64,000 nt of DNA from an uncultured Verrucomicrobia subdivision 3 bacterium. Its GTDB lineage: Bacteria; Verrucomicrobiota; Verrucomicrobiia; Limisphaerales; UBA11358. This document shows, in pieces, positions 47,487-55,290 of the stretch. Under the pieces are notes generated by a model. It was not told the origin of the DNA, did not search any database, and worked only from the letters and a program-made list of their open reading frames with translations. Positions within the stretch are counted from its first letter, which is position 1; every line of letters begins with the position of its first letter. The position numbers and the translations under genes are program-made. Where the stretch lies: NCBI GenBank assembly GCA_903875465.1, contig CAIQWB010000102.1:12167-76166 (forward strand), given 5' to 3'.

Positions 47487-48064
47487 TGCTGGATATGAAC
47501 ATTAAATCAACCAACCGTTTCATCGTCCGCGTGGCTTTATTTTTGGCGATCGCCACCGCCGCCTTTCATTTGCCGGCGGCCGAGCCGCCAAAGGTGGGTG
47601 CCCCCACGCCGGACTTCACGCTTAACACCATGGATGCGAAGTCTGTAACGTTGAGTGCGGAGTACGCCAAACTGCCCGTGGTATTGATCGTTTTGCGCGG
47701 GTGGCCGGGGTACCAGTGTCCATTTTGCACCAGGCAAGTGCACGCGTTTGTGGAACGGGCCAAGGATTTTGCGGGCAAGGCTCGTGTCCTCATGGTTTAT
47801 CCCGGCCCGTCAGAAAATCTGCAAAGCCACGCCGGGGAATTCCTGAAGGGTAAAGGGTGGTCGGAAGATTTCACCTTCGTCACCGACCCCGATTTTACTT
47901 TCACTAAAAGCTTCGGCTTGCGGTGGCAGGCTCCCGGCGAGACGGCTTATCCGTCCACTTTTGTGATTGATACCAAGGGGATTGTGCAGTTCGAAAAAAT
48001 CACCAAAGGCCATGGTGGTCGCACGACTCCGGAAGAAATCCTGGCGGCTCTGGCCAAGCTCTAA
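47486..48064 (+). CDS. Secreted thioredoxin-fold redoxin / peroxiredoxin-like protein (CPFC)
   Basis: WPGYQCPFCTRQ CxxC motif. Signal peptide MNIKSTNRFIVRVALFLAIATAAF if started at ATG 47495, which fits promoter copy A better than 47486. Confidence 0.78.
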   Translation: MLDMNIKSTNRFIVRVALFLAIATAAFHLPAAEPPKVGAPTPDFTLNTMDAKSVTLSAEYAKLPVVLIVLRGWPGYQCPFCTRQVHAFVERAKDFAGKARVLMVYPGPSENLQSHAGEFLKGKGWSEDFTFVTDPDFTFTKSFGLRWQAPGETAYPSTFVIDTKGIVQFEKITKGHGGRTTPEEILAALAKL

Positions 48065-48315
48065 TGGCCACGGTCTTGCTATTGCTCGGCGGATATCTCC
48101 TCTTGGGGATGTTGTTTGCCGTTCCCTTTGCTTTCATAGGGGCGCAAAGAATTGACCCCCACGCGGCGGGGGCAGGCTGGGGTTTTCGCCTCCTCCTCAT
48201 TCCGGGTGCGGTGGCATTTTGGCCCTGGCTGTTGCATCGGTGGCGCACGGGCGTGCATGAGCCTCCGGTTGAGCGTACGGCTCACCGTGAGGCTGCGCGG
48301 AAAGGCCGGCCATGA
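48064..48315 (+). CDS. Small two-TM hypothetical membrane protein
   Basis: TAATG overlap with the upstream gene and ATGA overlap with the downstream gene. Hydrophobic helices LLLLGGYLLLGMLFAVPFAFI and FRLLLIPGAVAFWPWLL. Confidence 0.55.
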   Translation: MATVLLLLGGYLLLGMLFAVPFAFIGAQRIDPHAAGAGWGFRLLLIPGAVAFWPWLLHRWRTGVHEPPVERTAHREAARKGRP

Positions 48316-48803
48316 TCCAACCATTGCGCCAGCTCCATCGTCGCGCGACTCTGATACTGGGCATTTTTGTGCCCGCGGCGTTTGCCACCGGCCTCATTTT
48401 GCGCACGCCCGCGCCCACTATGCCCGGGTTTTCTCCGGGACTTGGCCTGGCACCTCAAGCCATGACGAGCACGGGTTGGTGCCGCACGAATCTGTTTCCG
48501 AAAGGTGCGATAACCGTGCGACTGTTCCGGGAGAACCCGCCACTTTCGCGGGCGGTCGTCAGTTTTTCAGCGGATCCTGATTTTCGGCAACCCGATTTGC
48601 TGGTTTATTGGCTGCCGGGAAGCCCCATGGTGGCGGACGCACTGCCGGATAGTGCCACTTTATTGGGCGAGTTTGCGGCGCCGGCATTGCCCCTCCCAAC
48701 TGAAGCCTCCGCCCGCCCGGGGGTGTTTGTCCTATACAGTCTGGCGGATAACAAGATAGTGAATATCTCCCGGCCGGCCCTTATCGGCGAGCTCAACCCC
48801 TGA
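48312..48803 (+). CDS. Hypothetical membrane-anchored protein
   Basis: N-terminal TM ATLILGIFVPAAFATGLIL. Translationally coupled within the operon. Confidence 0.55.
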   Translation: MIQPLRQLHRRATLILGIFVPAAFATGLILRTPAPTMPGFSPGLGLAPQAMTSTGWCRTNLFPKGAITVRLFRENPPLSRAVVSFSADPDFRQPDLLVYWLPGSPMVADALPDSATLLGEFAAPALPLPTEASARPGVFVLYSLADNKIVNISRPALIGELNP

Positions 48804-48817
48804 CCATTATTTAATTC

Positions 48818-49855
48818 ATGTCCCTCCAATACCAGGCGGTCCAATGGAACCGGCAAAAGCGCCTGTACGATGCCGTGCTGGTGGGTGGGGTGGCGTTATA
48901 CCTCTTGGGTTTTGGCGCGGTGACGGAATTCCTATTCCCCAACATCACCGAGGAAATTTTGCTGATGCGGGCGTTTGGCTCGGCCGCCTTTATTTTGCTT
49001 CACATTATTCTGTGCATCGGTCCGCTGGGTCGCCTAAACGCGGGCTTTTTGCCCCTGCTGTACAATCGGCGTCATGCGGGGGTGACGTTATTTCTGCTGG
49101 CATTGATCCATGCGGTGATGGTGGTTACGACATACCATGCCGGCGGGGACACGAATCCGATTGCCAGTATCTGGGTGTCCAGTCCGTTGACTCATTCAGT
49201 GGCGGGGGTGCCTTTCCAGGCGTTCGGCTTTTTGGCATTGGTGATTTTGTTTTTGATGGCGGCAACCAGCCATGATTTCTGGCTGGCCAATTTGAGCGCG
49301 CCGGTTTGGAAATCGCTGCACATGCTGGTTTATGCCGCCTATGCGCTGCTGGTCTTGCATGTCACCTTTGGGGTGCTGCAAGCGGAAACCAGCCTGGTTT
49401 ATGCAGTGACGATGGCGGCTGGCCTGGTCACGGTGCTGGGGTTGCACGGCTTGGCCGCGAGCAAGGAAGCGCGGTTGGATCGAAAAATAAACGCCCCGGA
49501 TACTGACGGTTGGGTGGAGGCCGGTGCAGTGGCGGATATTCCCGATAACCGCGCGCGCATTGTGTGTGTGGCTGGCGAGCGGGTGGCTATTTTTAAGTAT
49601 GCGGGGAAAATCTCCGCCGTTTCAAATGTTTGTCAGCACCAGAATGGGCCGCTGGGGGAGGGTAAAATAGTGGCGGGCTGTATCACCTGTCCCTGGCATG
49701 GCTATCAGTATTTGCCGGAGACGGGGGCTTCGCCGCCACCCTTTGTGGAGCGCGTTCCCACCTTTCAAGTGCGCTTGAAAAACGGCCGGGTATGGGTAAA
49801 TCCCCAGCCAAATCCTGCCGGGACCAGGGCGGAACCGGCGGTGATTGAGCTATGA
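48818..49855 (+). CDS. Fusion of a ferric-reductase-like (YedZ/MsrQ-type, His-rich) transmembrane domain with a C-terminal Rieske [2Fe-2S] domain
   Basis: Six TM segments with conserved His (LLHIILC, LIHAV, SHDFW, LHMLVY, LHVTFG). Rieske motifs CQHQNGPL ... CPWHGYQY. Confidence 0.78.
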   Translation: MSLQYQAVQWNRQKRLYDAVLVGGVALYLLGFGAVTEFLFPNITEEILLMRAFGSAAFILLHIILCIGPLGRLNAGFLPLLYNRRHAGVTLFLLALIHAVMVVTTYHAGGDTNPIASIWVSSPLTHSVAGVPFQAFGFLALVILFLMAATSHDFWLANLSAPVWKSLHMLVYAAYALLVLHVTFGVLQAETSLVYAVTMAAGLVTVLGLHGLAASKEARLDRKINAPDTDGWVEAGAVADIPDNRARIVCVAGERVAIFKYAGKISAVSNVCQHQNGPLGEGKIVAGCITCPWHGYQYLPETGASPPPFVERVPTFQVRLKNGRVWVNPQPNPAGTRAEPAVIEL

Positions 49856-50619
49856 GTGATGATTTTTACATTGGCTGGGAAGCCCGGCCAGGAGCGGGCC
49901 CGGCCCGGCGGTTGCGGACCCTCGTGGTGCTGTTGCTGGTGGTGGGGCTTGGGCTGGCCGTGGCACTGGCCACCCAGCAACACACCATTGGGACCAGTGT
50001 GTTTGAATGGGGCAACCTGAAGCCATTTAGCGGGCGCTTGGAACTCCAACCCTATCCGCATCTCTTGGTGCCTCGACCGGGTGCCACCAACTCCCAGCCG
50101 GGGTTTTCCACTTATTATCTCGTCGCCCCCTTCAAACATGGACTTGACCGGGAGAAGTTTGGCGCCCTGGAAGGACAGATGGTGACCTTGCAAGGCACCT
50201 TGATTTATCGTGGCGATCAAACCATGGTTGAGGCCGTGCCGGATTCCATCCACGCGGTGGCGAGTCCAGCTTCCCTGCCGACGGGCGCGGCGACGGTGCG
50301 TCTGGGGCGGCAAACCCTCGTGGGTGAGATTGTGGACAGCAAATGTTATTTTGGGGTGATGAATCCCGGCCAACTGCTGCCGCACCGGGCCTGCGCGATC
50401 AATTGCATCAGCGGAGGTATTCCGCCGGTCTTGCTGGTGCGCCCAAAAAATGGTCCGGCCATTTATTTGTTGCTGGTGTCCGCCTTGGGAAAACCCGTGA
50501 ACCAGCAGGTGCTGGACTTCGTGGCCGAACCGGTGGAAATTACTGGTGAGGTTGAATGGCAGGACGGCCTGCTCATTTTGCGGGCTGATCCGCAGACTTA
50601 CCGGCGGGTGGGGCGATGA
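49852..50619 (+). CDS. Hypothetical membrane-anchored protein with a C-x15-C-x3-C motif
   Basis: ATGA-coupled to the Rieske gene. TM LRTLVVLLLVVGLGLAVALA, and Cys motif SKCYFGVMNPGQLLPHRACAINCISGGIPP. Confidence 0.65.
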   Translation: MSDDFYIGWEARPGAGPARRLRTLVVLLLVVGLGLAVALATQQHTIGTSVFEWGNLKPFSGRLELQPYPHLLVPRPGATNSQPGFSTYYLVAPFKHGLDREKFGALEGQMVTLQGTLIYRGDQTMVEAVPDSIHAVASPASLPTGAATVRLGRQTLVGEIVDSKCYFGVMNPGQLLPHRACAINCISGGIPPVLLVRPKNGPAIYLLLVSALGKPVNQQVLDFVAEPVEITGEVEWQDGLLILRADPQTYRRVGR

Positions 50620-50659
50620 GGAGATTTTTGCCCGGGAGAACTATATCACCAATCAACCC

Positions 50660-51583
50660 GTGAACCGACAGCCCTTGAACTTTTTGCGTGGTTACCGATC
50701 CTCCCCATTTTCCGGGTGGGTGGCGGGCGCCGTAGCGTTGGGCCTGCTCATCGCGCTGCCCGCGTTTGCCGGCATGTTCGCTCAATTTGACAATCCTGAA
50801 CGGCTCGGGGCGATGGTGCATGTCACCACGACCAATGGCTTCACCCTTCGCTGGGCGGAAAAACGTTCCGCTACCAACACCGGGCTGGACTTGGTCTTTA
50901 TCCACGGATCACCGGGCGGGGCCGGGGTTTGGGCGTCGCAATTTAAGGCCCCTTATCCGGGTGCTAGCCTCTATGCTTACGACCGCCCAGGCTTTGGTCT
51001 TTCCCTGCCGGTGGGGAACCAGCCGCATTTGCGAGGGCAGGTGGACGCTTTGATGGTGTTGCTGGCCCGTGCCACCACCAACCGAGTTTTACTGGTGGGG
51101 CATAGTTATGGTTCCCCCATTGCCCTGCTGGCCGCCTTGGAGCATCCGGACCAAATCGGGGGCGTGTTGCTGATCGGGGGGGATGTGGATCCGGCGCAGG
51201 AAAACCCGTGGTTCGTGCAATATTTTTTTGGCTGGCGCGCCACCTCCTGGCTGTTGCCACGCGCGTTGCGCCAATGCAACCGTGAGATGCTCTCCGCGCG
51301 CGCGGACCTGGTCCAAATGCAAACCCAATTTGCCCGGCTGGCCGTGCCGGTGGTGATGTTGCATGGCGACCATGATCCGCTGGTGCCCGTGGAAAATGTG
51401 GCCTGGTTCGAACAACAGCTCGCCGCTCTGGGCAAAGCGAACCTCTTCGCCAAAATCATCCTGCCCGGGGTGAATCATTTTATCCCGTGGGAACATCCTG
51501 GTGAAGTCGAGCGGGGCATCCGTCTACTCATCAATATGGCTGCTGGTCCAGGTGGAGCCTCCGATACCCAGATCCGGCCTTAA
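50660..51583 (+). CDS. Secreted alpha/beta hydrolase
   Basis: GTG start at 50660 gives a signal-like N-terminus (NRQPLNFLRGY...GLLIALPAFAG) and removes the overlap with the upstream gene. HGSPGG and GHSYGS nucleophile elbow. Confidence 0.75.
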   Translation: MNRQPLNFLRGYRSSPFSGWVAGAVALGLLIALPAFAGMFAQFDNPERLGAMVHVTTTNGFTLRWAEKRSATNTGLDLVFIHGSPGGAGVWASQFKAPYPGASLYAYDRPGFGLSLPVGNQPHLRGQVDALMVLLARATTNRVLLVGHSYGSPIALLAALEHPDQIGGVLLIGGDVDPAQENPWFVQYFFGWRATSWLLPRALRQCNREMLSARADLVQMQTQFARLAVPVVMLHGDHDPLVPVENVAWFEQQLAALGKANLFAKIILPGVNHFIPWEHPGEVERGIRLLINMAAGPGGASDTQIRP

Positions 51584-51606
51584 AAATTTTTAATTTTCGA
51601 ATTCGA

Positions 51607-51636
51607 TTGTAAGTTTTGCCGCGCGTGGCCGACGAA
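51607..51636 (+). promoter_or_regulatory. ECF-type promoter candidate (copy E, weaker): TTGTAAGTT-N14-CGACGAA
   Basis: ttcgaTTGTAAGTT ttgccgcgcgtggc CGACGAA, 35 nt upstream of the DUF2934 ATG. Confidence 0.45.
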
Positions 51637-51670
51637 TCATTGTAATCCACTAATAATACAATTGCCAAAA

Positions 51671-51871
51671 ATGAAAAAAACCAGGAAAAAAAATCCGCCC
51701 GCTGAAATCAAGCTTCCACCGCCGGTAGTGTTTGACTATGAACTGGAAATCAATCGCCGGGCCTATGAATTATGGGAAGCGGCGGGCGGCGGGCATGGTG
51801 ACGACCTGCGTCACTGGCTGGTCGCTGAGCGTGAATTTCAGGCGCGCCGCCAGTCCGACAAGGCGCAGTAA
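51671..51871 (+). CDS. DUF2934-type small protein
   Basis: INRRAYELWEAAGGGHGDDLRHWLVAEREF matches the DUF2934 pattern (R.AYELWE..G...G.D...W..AE). Confidence 0.7.
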   Translation: MKKTRKKNPPAEIKLPPPVVFDYELEINRRAYELWEAAGGGHGDDLRHWLVAEREFQARRQSDKAQ

Positions 51872-51895
51872 GCCAGTCGTCACTTGCGGCTAATC

Positions 51896-51927
51896 CAACG
51901 CCGGGCGCCGTCCGGCGTTGTTTGTTT
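51896..51927 (+). terminator. Rho-independent terminator
   Basis: Stem caacgccgg / ccggcgttg, loop gcgccgt, then tttgttt. Confidence 0.75.
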
Positions 51928-52128
51928 CCAGCAGAGGTTTTCAACCGCAAACCATTTCCCTGCGGCATAACCACCCAATTACCTCGGACGACGACGACCG
52001 GTTTCCACCCGAAGGGGCAGATTTCCCGCTTGCGTTTGGGCAACCACCAGCAAATCCCCATGGGAAACCGGAATGGAGACCTTTCTGCGGGCCAAACCAA
52101 CCCAATAAGTCAAAAATATTGAAATAAG

Positions 52129-52158
52129 GTGTAAGGAATGATGTTTAATTAAGACCAA
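52129..52158 (+). promoter_or_regulatory. ECF-type promoter candidate (copy D): GTGTAAGGA-N14-AGACCAA
   Basis: AATAAGGTGTAAGGA atgatgtttaatta AGACCAA. ATG 52166 lies 8 nt after the AGACCA hexamer. Confidence 0.5.
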
Positions 52159-52165
52159 CCATTGT

Positions 52166-52618
52166 ATGAAAAAACTATCATTGATTCTGCTTGTGCTGGG
52201 CCTGGCGCTGCCAGTTTTTGCCCAAACCAAAACCCTCCTCAACCTGGACCGTGACGGTCTGGCCATCCAAGGCTATGACCCGGTGGCCTTTTTTACCGAC
52301 CAAAAGCCGGTCAAAGGCGACGCGAAATATGTGTTCAAGCATGAAGGGGCCGTCTACTTTTTTGCATCCAAAGAGCACCGGGACCTTTTCAAGACGAACC
52401 CGGCCAAGTATGAACCGGTGTTTGGCGGGTATTGTGCTTATGGCGTTTCGCGCAACAAGCTGGTGGAAATTGACGTGGATGCCTTCCAAATTGTGGATGA
52501 CAAATTGCTGCTGCAATACAGCAAATCCATCCGTGAGGATTTCAATAAAGATGCCAAAGCCAATCTGGCCAAAGCGGATGCCAACTGGCCGGCGCTGGTT
52601 GCCAAGAAAGGCAAATAA
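52166..52618 (+). CDS. Secreted YHS-domain protein (GGYCAYG type)
   Basis: Signal peptide MKKLSLILLVLGLALPVFA. GYDPVAFF...YFFASKEHRDLF..NP.KY.P.FGGYCAYG. Confidence 0.72.
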   Translation: MKKLSLILLVLGLALPVFAQTKTLLNLDRDGLAIQGYDPVAFFTDQKPVKGDAKYVFKHEGAVYFFASKEHRDLFKTNPAKYEPVFGGYCAYGVSRNKLVEIDVDAFQIVDDKLLLQYSKSIREDFNKDAKANLAKADANWPALVAKKGK

Positions 52619-52657
52619 CCTGAGCCAAACGCGAACGCTCACAAACCAATTTATTTT

Positions 52658-53062
52658 ATGGAAAACTTTTCCAAGACCCAGATGATCGTCAGCTGGATAT
52701 GCCGGCTCACGGCGGCGGTGATTTTATTGCAAACCTTGTTTTTTAAATTTACCGGGGCGCCGGAGTCCATCTACATTTTCACCAAGGTTGGCATGGAGCC
52801 TTGGGGGCGGTACGGCTCAGGAGTGGTGGAGTTGGTGGCGGCCATGTTGTTGATGGTGCGCTGTAAAGCCTGGCTGGGGGCTTTGCTCGCGCTGGGCACG
52901 ATGTGCGGGGCGATTTTTTTTCACCTGACGATTCTCGGTATCAGTGTCCAAAACGATGGCGGATTGCTGTTTGCCCTGGCGATCGTGACTTCGGTATGCT
53001 GTGGCATCACGCTCTATCTGCACCGGCGGCAGATTCCGTACGTTTCACGATTAATCAACTAA
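52658..53062 (+). CDS. DoxX-family membrane protein
   Basis: 134 aa, four TM. The R.TAAVILLQTLFFKFTG start is typical of DoxX. Confidence 0.65.
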   Translation: MENFSKTQMIVSWICRLTAAVILLQTLFFKFTGAPESIYIFTKVGMEPWGRYGSGVVELVAAMLLMVRCKAWLGALLALGTMCGAIFFHLTILGISVQNDGGLLFALAIVTSVCCGITLYLHRRQIPYVSRLIN

Positions 53063-53069
53063 CAAAGCA

Positions 53070-53618
53070 ATGAATCCAAATGATGCTGGCGAAAGCCGGG
53101 AATTAATCAATGCAGTCATGGAAACGCTGCGCCAGGGCGAATTTCTGCTGCAGGAAATGGATAATGCTGCTTATACCTGCAAGCTGGCGGTGGCCTTTGA
53201 CGCTTCCATCGGCGGGCATATCCGGCATTGCCTGGATCATTTTCGCACCCTCCTGCAGGCGGCCCCGGCGGGTGATTTAAATTATGATCAACGCCAGCGC
53301 GGCACCGCGGTGGAAACAGATCGACTGGCGGCGCTCCAGGAAACGCGGGATTTAATCGCAAGTTATGCCAAGCTCGATCCACTCTGCACGGCGCGGTCCT
53401 TGCTGGTGACCTGCAAAACCAGCTATTCAGCCGGTGGCTCGCAAGTTTCCCCCTCCACGGTGGGCCGTGAGATCATGTATGCCGTCGCGCACGCGGTCCA
53501 TCACTACGCGTTGATCGGGGTCATGGGTGGCGTCATGGGCTTGCGGTTGCCCGCGGGCTTCGGCATCGCCCCATCCACCCTCAAACACCAGGCCGAAGCG
53601 GCGCGAATCGCCGCCTGA
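53070..53618 (+). CDS. DinB-superfamily (DinB_2-like) metal-dependent protein
   Basis: Spaced His residues in helices (GGHIRHCLDHF ... AVAHAVHHYALIG), as in the DinB four-helix-bundle His triad. Confidence 0.55.
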   Translation: MNPNDAGESRELINAVMETLRQGEFLLQEMDNAAYTCKLAVAFDASIGGHIRHCLDHFRTLLQAAPAGDLNYDQRQRGTAVETDRLAALQETRDLIASYAKLDPLCTARSLLVTCKTSYSAGGSQVSPSTVGREIMYAVAHAVHHYALIGVMGGVMGLRLPAGFGIAPSTLKHQAEAARIAA

Positions 53619-53623
53619 CGGTC

Positions 53624-55276
53624 ATGACCGGAGCCCTGCCATTGGCCCCCGAAACCCTTGCAGGATGGCTGCCGTTTTGGCAGGCCGCCGGATTTTTTTG
53701 TGCGACCTTTGTGCTGGAGGATGCGGCGGCAGTCGGTGCCGGTTTGCTGCTGGCCAGTGGCTCCATTGCCTGGCCTGCCGCTTTTTCCGCCTGTTTTCTG
53801 GGCATTTGGCTGGGGGATGTGGGGCTTTACGCGCTCGCCCGCTTTGCGGGGCGAACGTGGTTTGAAAATTCGCGGTTGAAAAAGTATTCCGGCAAAGTTG
53901 CCCGCAGTGAGAATTGGTTTCGCGAGCGCGGGACGATGATATTAATCGTTAGCCGGGCGGTGCCCGGGGCAAGGCTGCCCACCTATCTGGCCGCAGGTTT
54001 TTTGCGGGTGCCCGCCGTTGCTTTTTTGTTGATCACTGCGGCTGCCGCGCTGGTATGGACGCTGGCCGTGTTATTCCTGACGCAAATGTTCGGCACGCGT
54101 CTGTTGCATTGGTTCAGCCATTACAAATCGGTCAGCTTTTGGGTGTTGGGCAGCGCCGTTGGATTGCTGGTTGGTTTGCGAATATTGCGCCGGGTGCTGT
54201 CCGATTTGGACCGCCGCCGGTTGGGCACCCGCTTTGTCCGCTGGACGCGCTGGGAATTTTGGCCCATGTGGCTGTTCTATCCTCCCGTGGCTCTTTATTA
54301 CCTCTGGCTCGCCCTCAAATATCGTGGGGCCATGCTGCCGACCGCAGCCAATCCCGGAATCTTCTCAGGGGGCATGGTGGGGGAATCCAAAATGAAAACT
54401 TTGCAAGATCTCATGCACTCAAGCGGCGAGTTCACGGCGGAAGCGGAGCTGCTCGCCGGCGATTCCCCCAAAGGCCGGCTGATTTCATTGCGTGCGATTT
54501 GTGAGCGCCGAAATATTTCCTATCCTTTCATCCTCAAACCGGATCTGGGACAACGCGGTGCCGGCATCAAACTGATTCGGAATGAAGCCCAGGCCGTGGC
54601 GTATTTGCAGGAAACCCAAGCGCAGTTAATGGTGCAGCGGTTTGCCGCCGGCCCGCACGAAGTGGGGATTTTTTATTATCGTTTCCCCGGGGAAACTCAC
54701 GGCCGTATTTTTGCCATCACCGAAAAAGTTTTTCCCTTCGTCACCGGCGATGGCAAAGCCACGGTGGCGGAACTTATCTGGCGGGATGACCGTGCCCGCT
54801 TTATGGCGGAAACCTATTTGCAACGCGCGGGTTCACGGCAACACCATGTGCTGGCCGCGGGGGAAACGCAACCGCTCGGCCTGGCGGGCAACCACGCCCA
54901 AGGCTGTATCTTTCGTGACGGTATGAGACTGAACACGCCCGCACTGGAACAGCGCATTGATGAAATCTCCAAAAAGGTGAGCGGCTTCTACATTGGTCGT
55001 TATGACATCCGGTTTGGGAGTGAGGCAGACTTGCGCCAGGGCACCCATTTTCAAATTATCGAATTAAATGGCGCGGCGGCTGAAGCCACCAGCATTTACG
55101 ATGCGCGCAACACTTTGTGGTCCGCGTATCGCACCTTGTTTCGGCAGTGGGATTTGGTGTTTGCCATTGGGGCGGCCAACCGGCGGCGCGGCTGTGCGCC
55201 CATGACCATGCGGGATGGCTGGCGCGCCTGGCGCCATTATGCCGCGCTCGCCGCCACGTATCCGGCCGCCGACTAG
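53624..55276 (+). CDS. Fusion of a DedA/VTT-type membrane domain with a C-terminal ATP-grasp ligase domain
   Basis: N-terminus FVLEDAAAVGAGLL...WLGDVGLYALARFAGR (DedA-like) plus several TM. C-terminus YPFILKPDLGQRGAGIKLI...MVQRF...EVGIFYYR...IELNGAAAE (ATP-grasp-like). Confidence 0.62.
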   Translation: MTGALPLAPETLAGWLPFWQAAGFFCATFVLEDAAAVGAGLLLASGSIAWPAAFSACFLGIWLGDVGLYALARFAGRTWFENSRLKKYSGKVARSENWFRERGTMILIVSRAVPGARLPTYLAAGFLRVPAVAFLLITAAAALVWTLAVLFLTQMFGTRLLHWFSHYKSVSFWVLGSAVGLLVGLRILRRVLSDLDRRRLGTRFVRWTRWEFWPMWLFYPPVALYYLWLALKYRGAMLPTAANPGIFSGGMVGESKMKTLQDLMHSSGEFTAEAELLAGDSPKGRLISLRAICERRNISYPFILKPDLGQRGAGIKLIRNEAQAVAYLQETQAQLMVQRFAAGPHEVGIFYYRFPGETHGRIFAITEKVFPFVTGDGKATVAELIWRDDRARFMAETYLQRAGSRQHHVLAAGETQPLGLAGNHAQGCIFRDGMRLNTPALEQRIDEISKKVSGFYIGRYDIRFGSEADLRQGTHFQIIELNGAAAEATSIYDARNTLWSAYRTLFRQWDLVFAIGAANRRRGCAPMTMRDGWRAWRHYAALAATYPAAD

Positions 55277-55290
55277 ACCACAACCAGACC

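Noticed and set aside
50546-50659. Longest-ORF start for the alpha/beta hydrolase, overlapping the previous gene by 74 nt
   Set aside because: GTG 50660 yields a plausible signal peptide and no overlap. The upstream extension is R/C/G-rich.
55117-55290. Longest-ORF start for the NRDE gene, overlapping the ATP-grasp gene by 160 nt
   Set aside because: NRDE/TANGO2-type proteins begin with Met-Cys. ATG 55291 gives MCTV..., lies 14 nt after the upstream stop, and removes the overlap.
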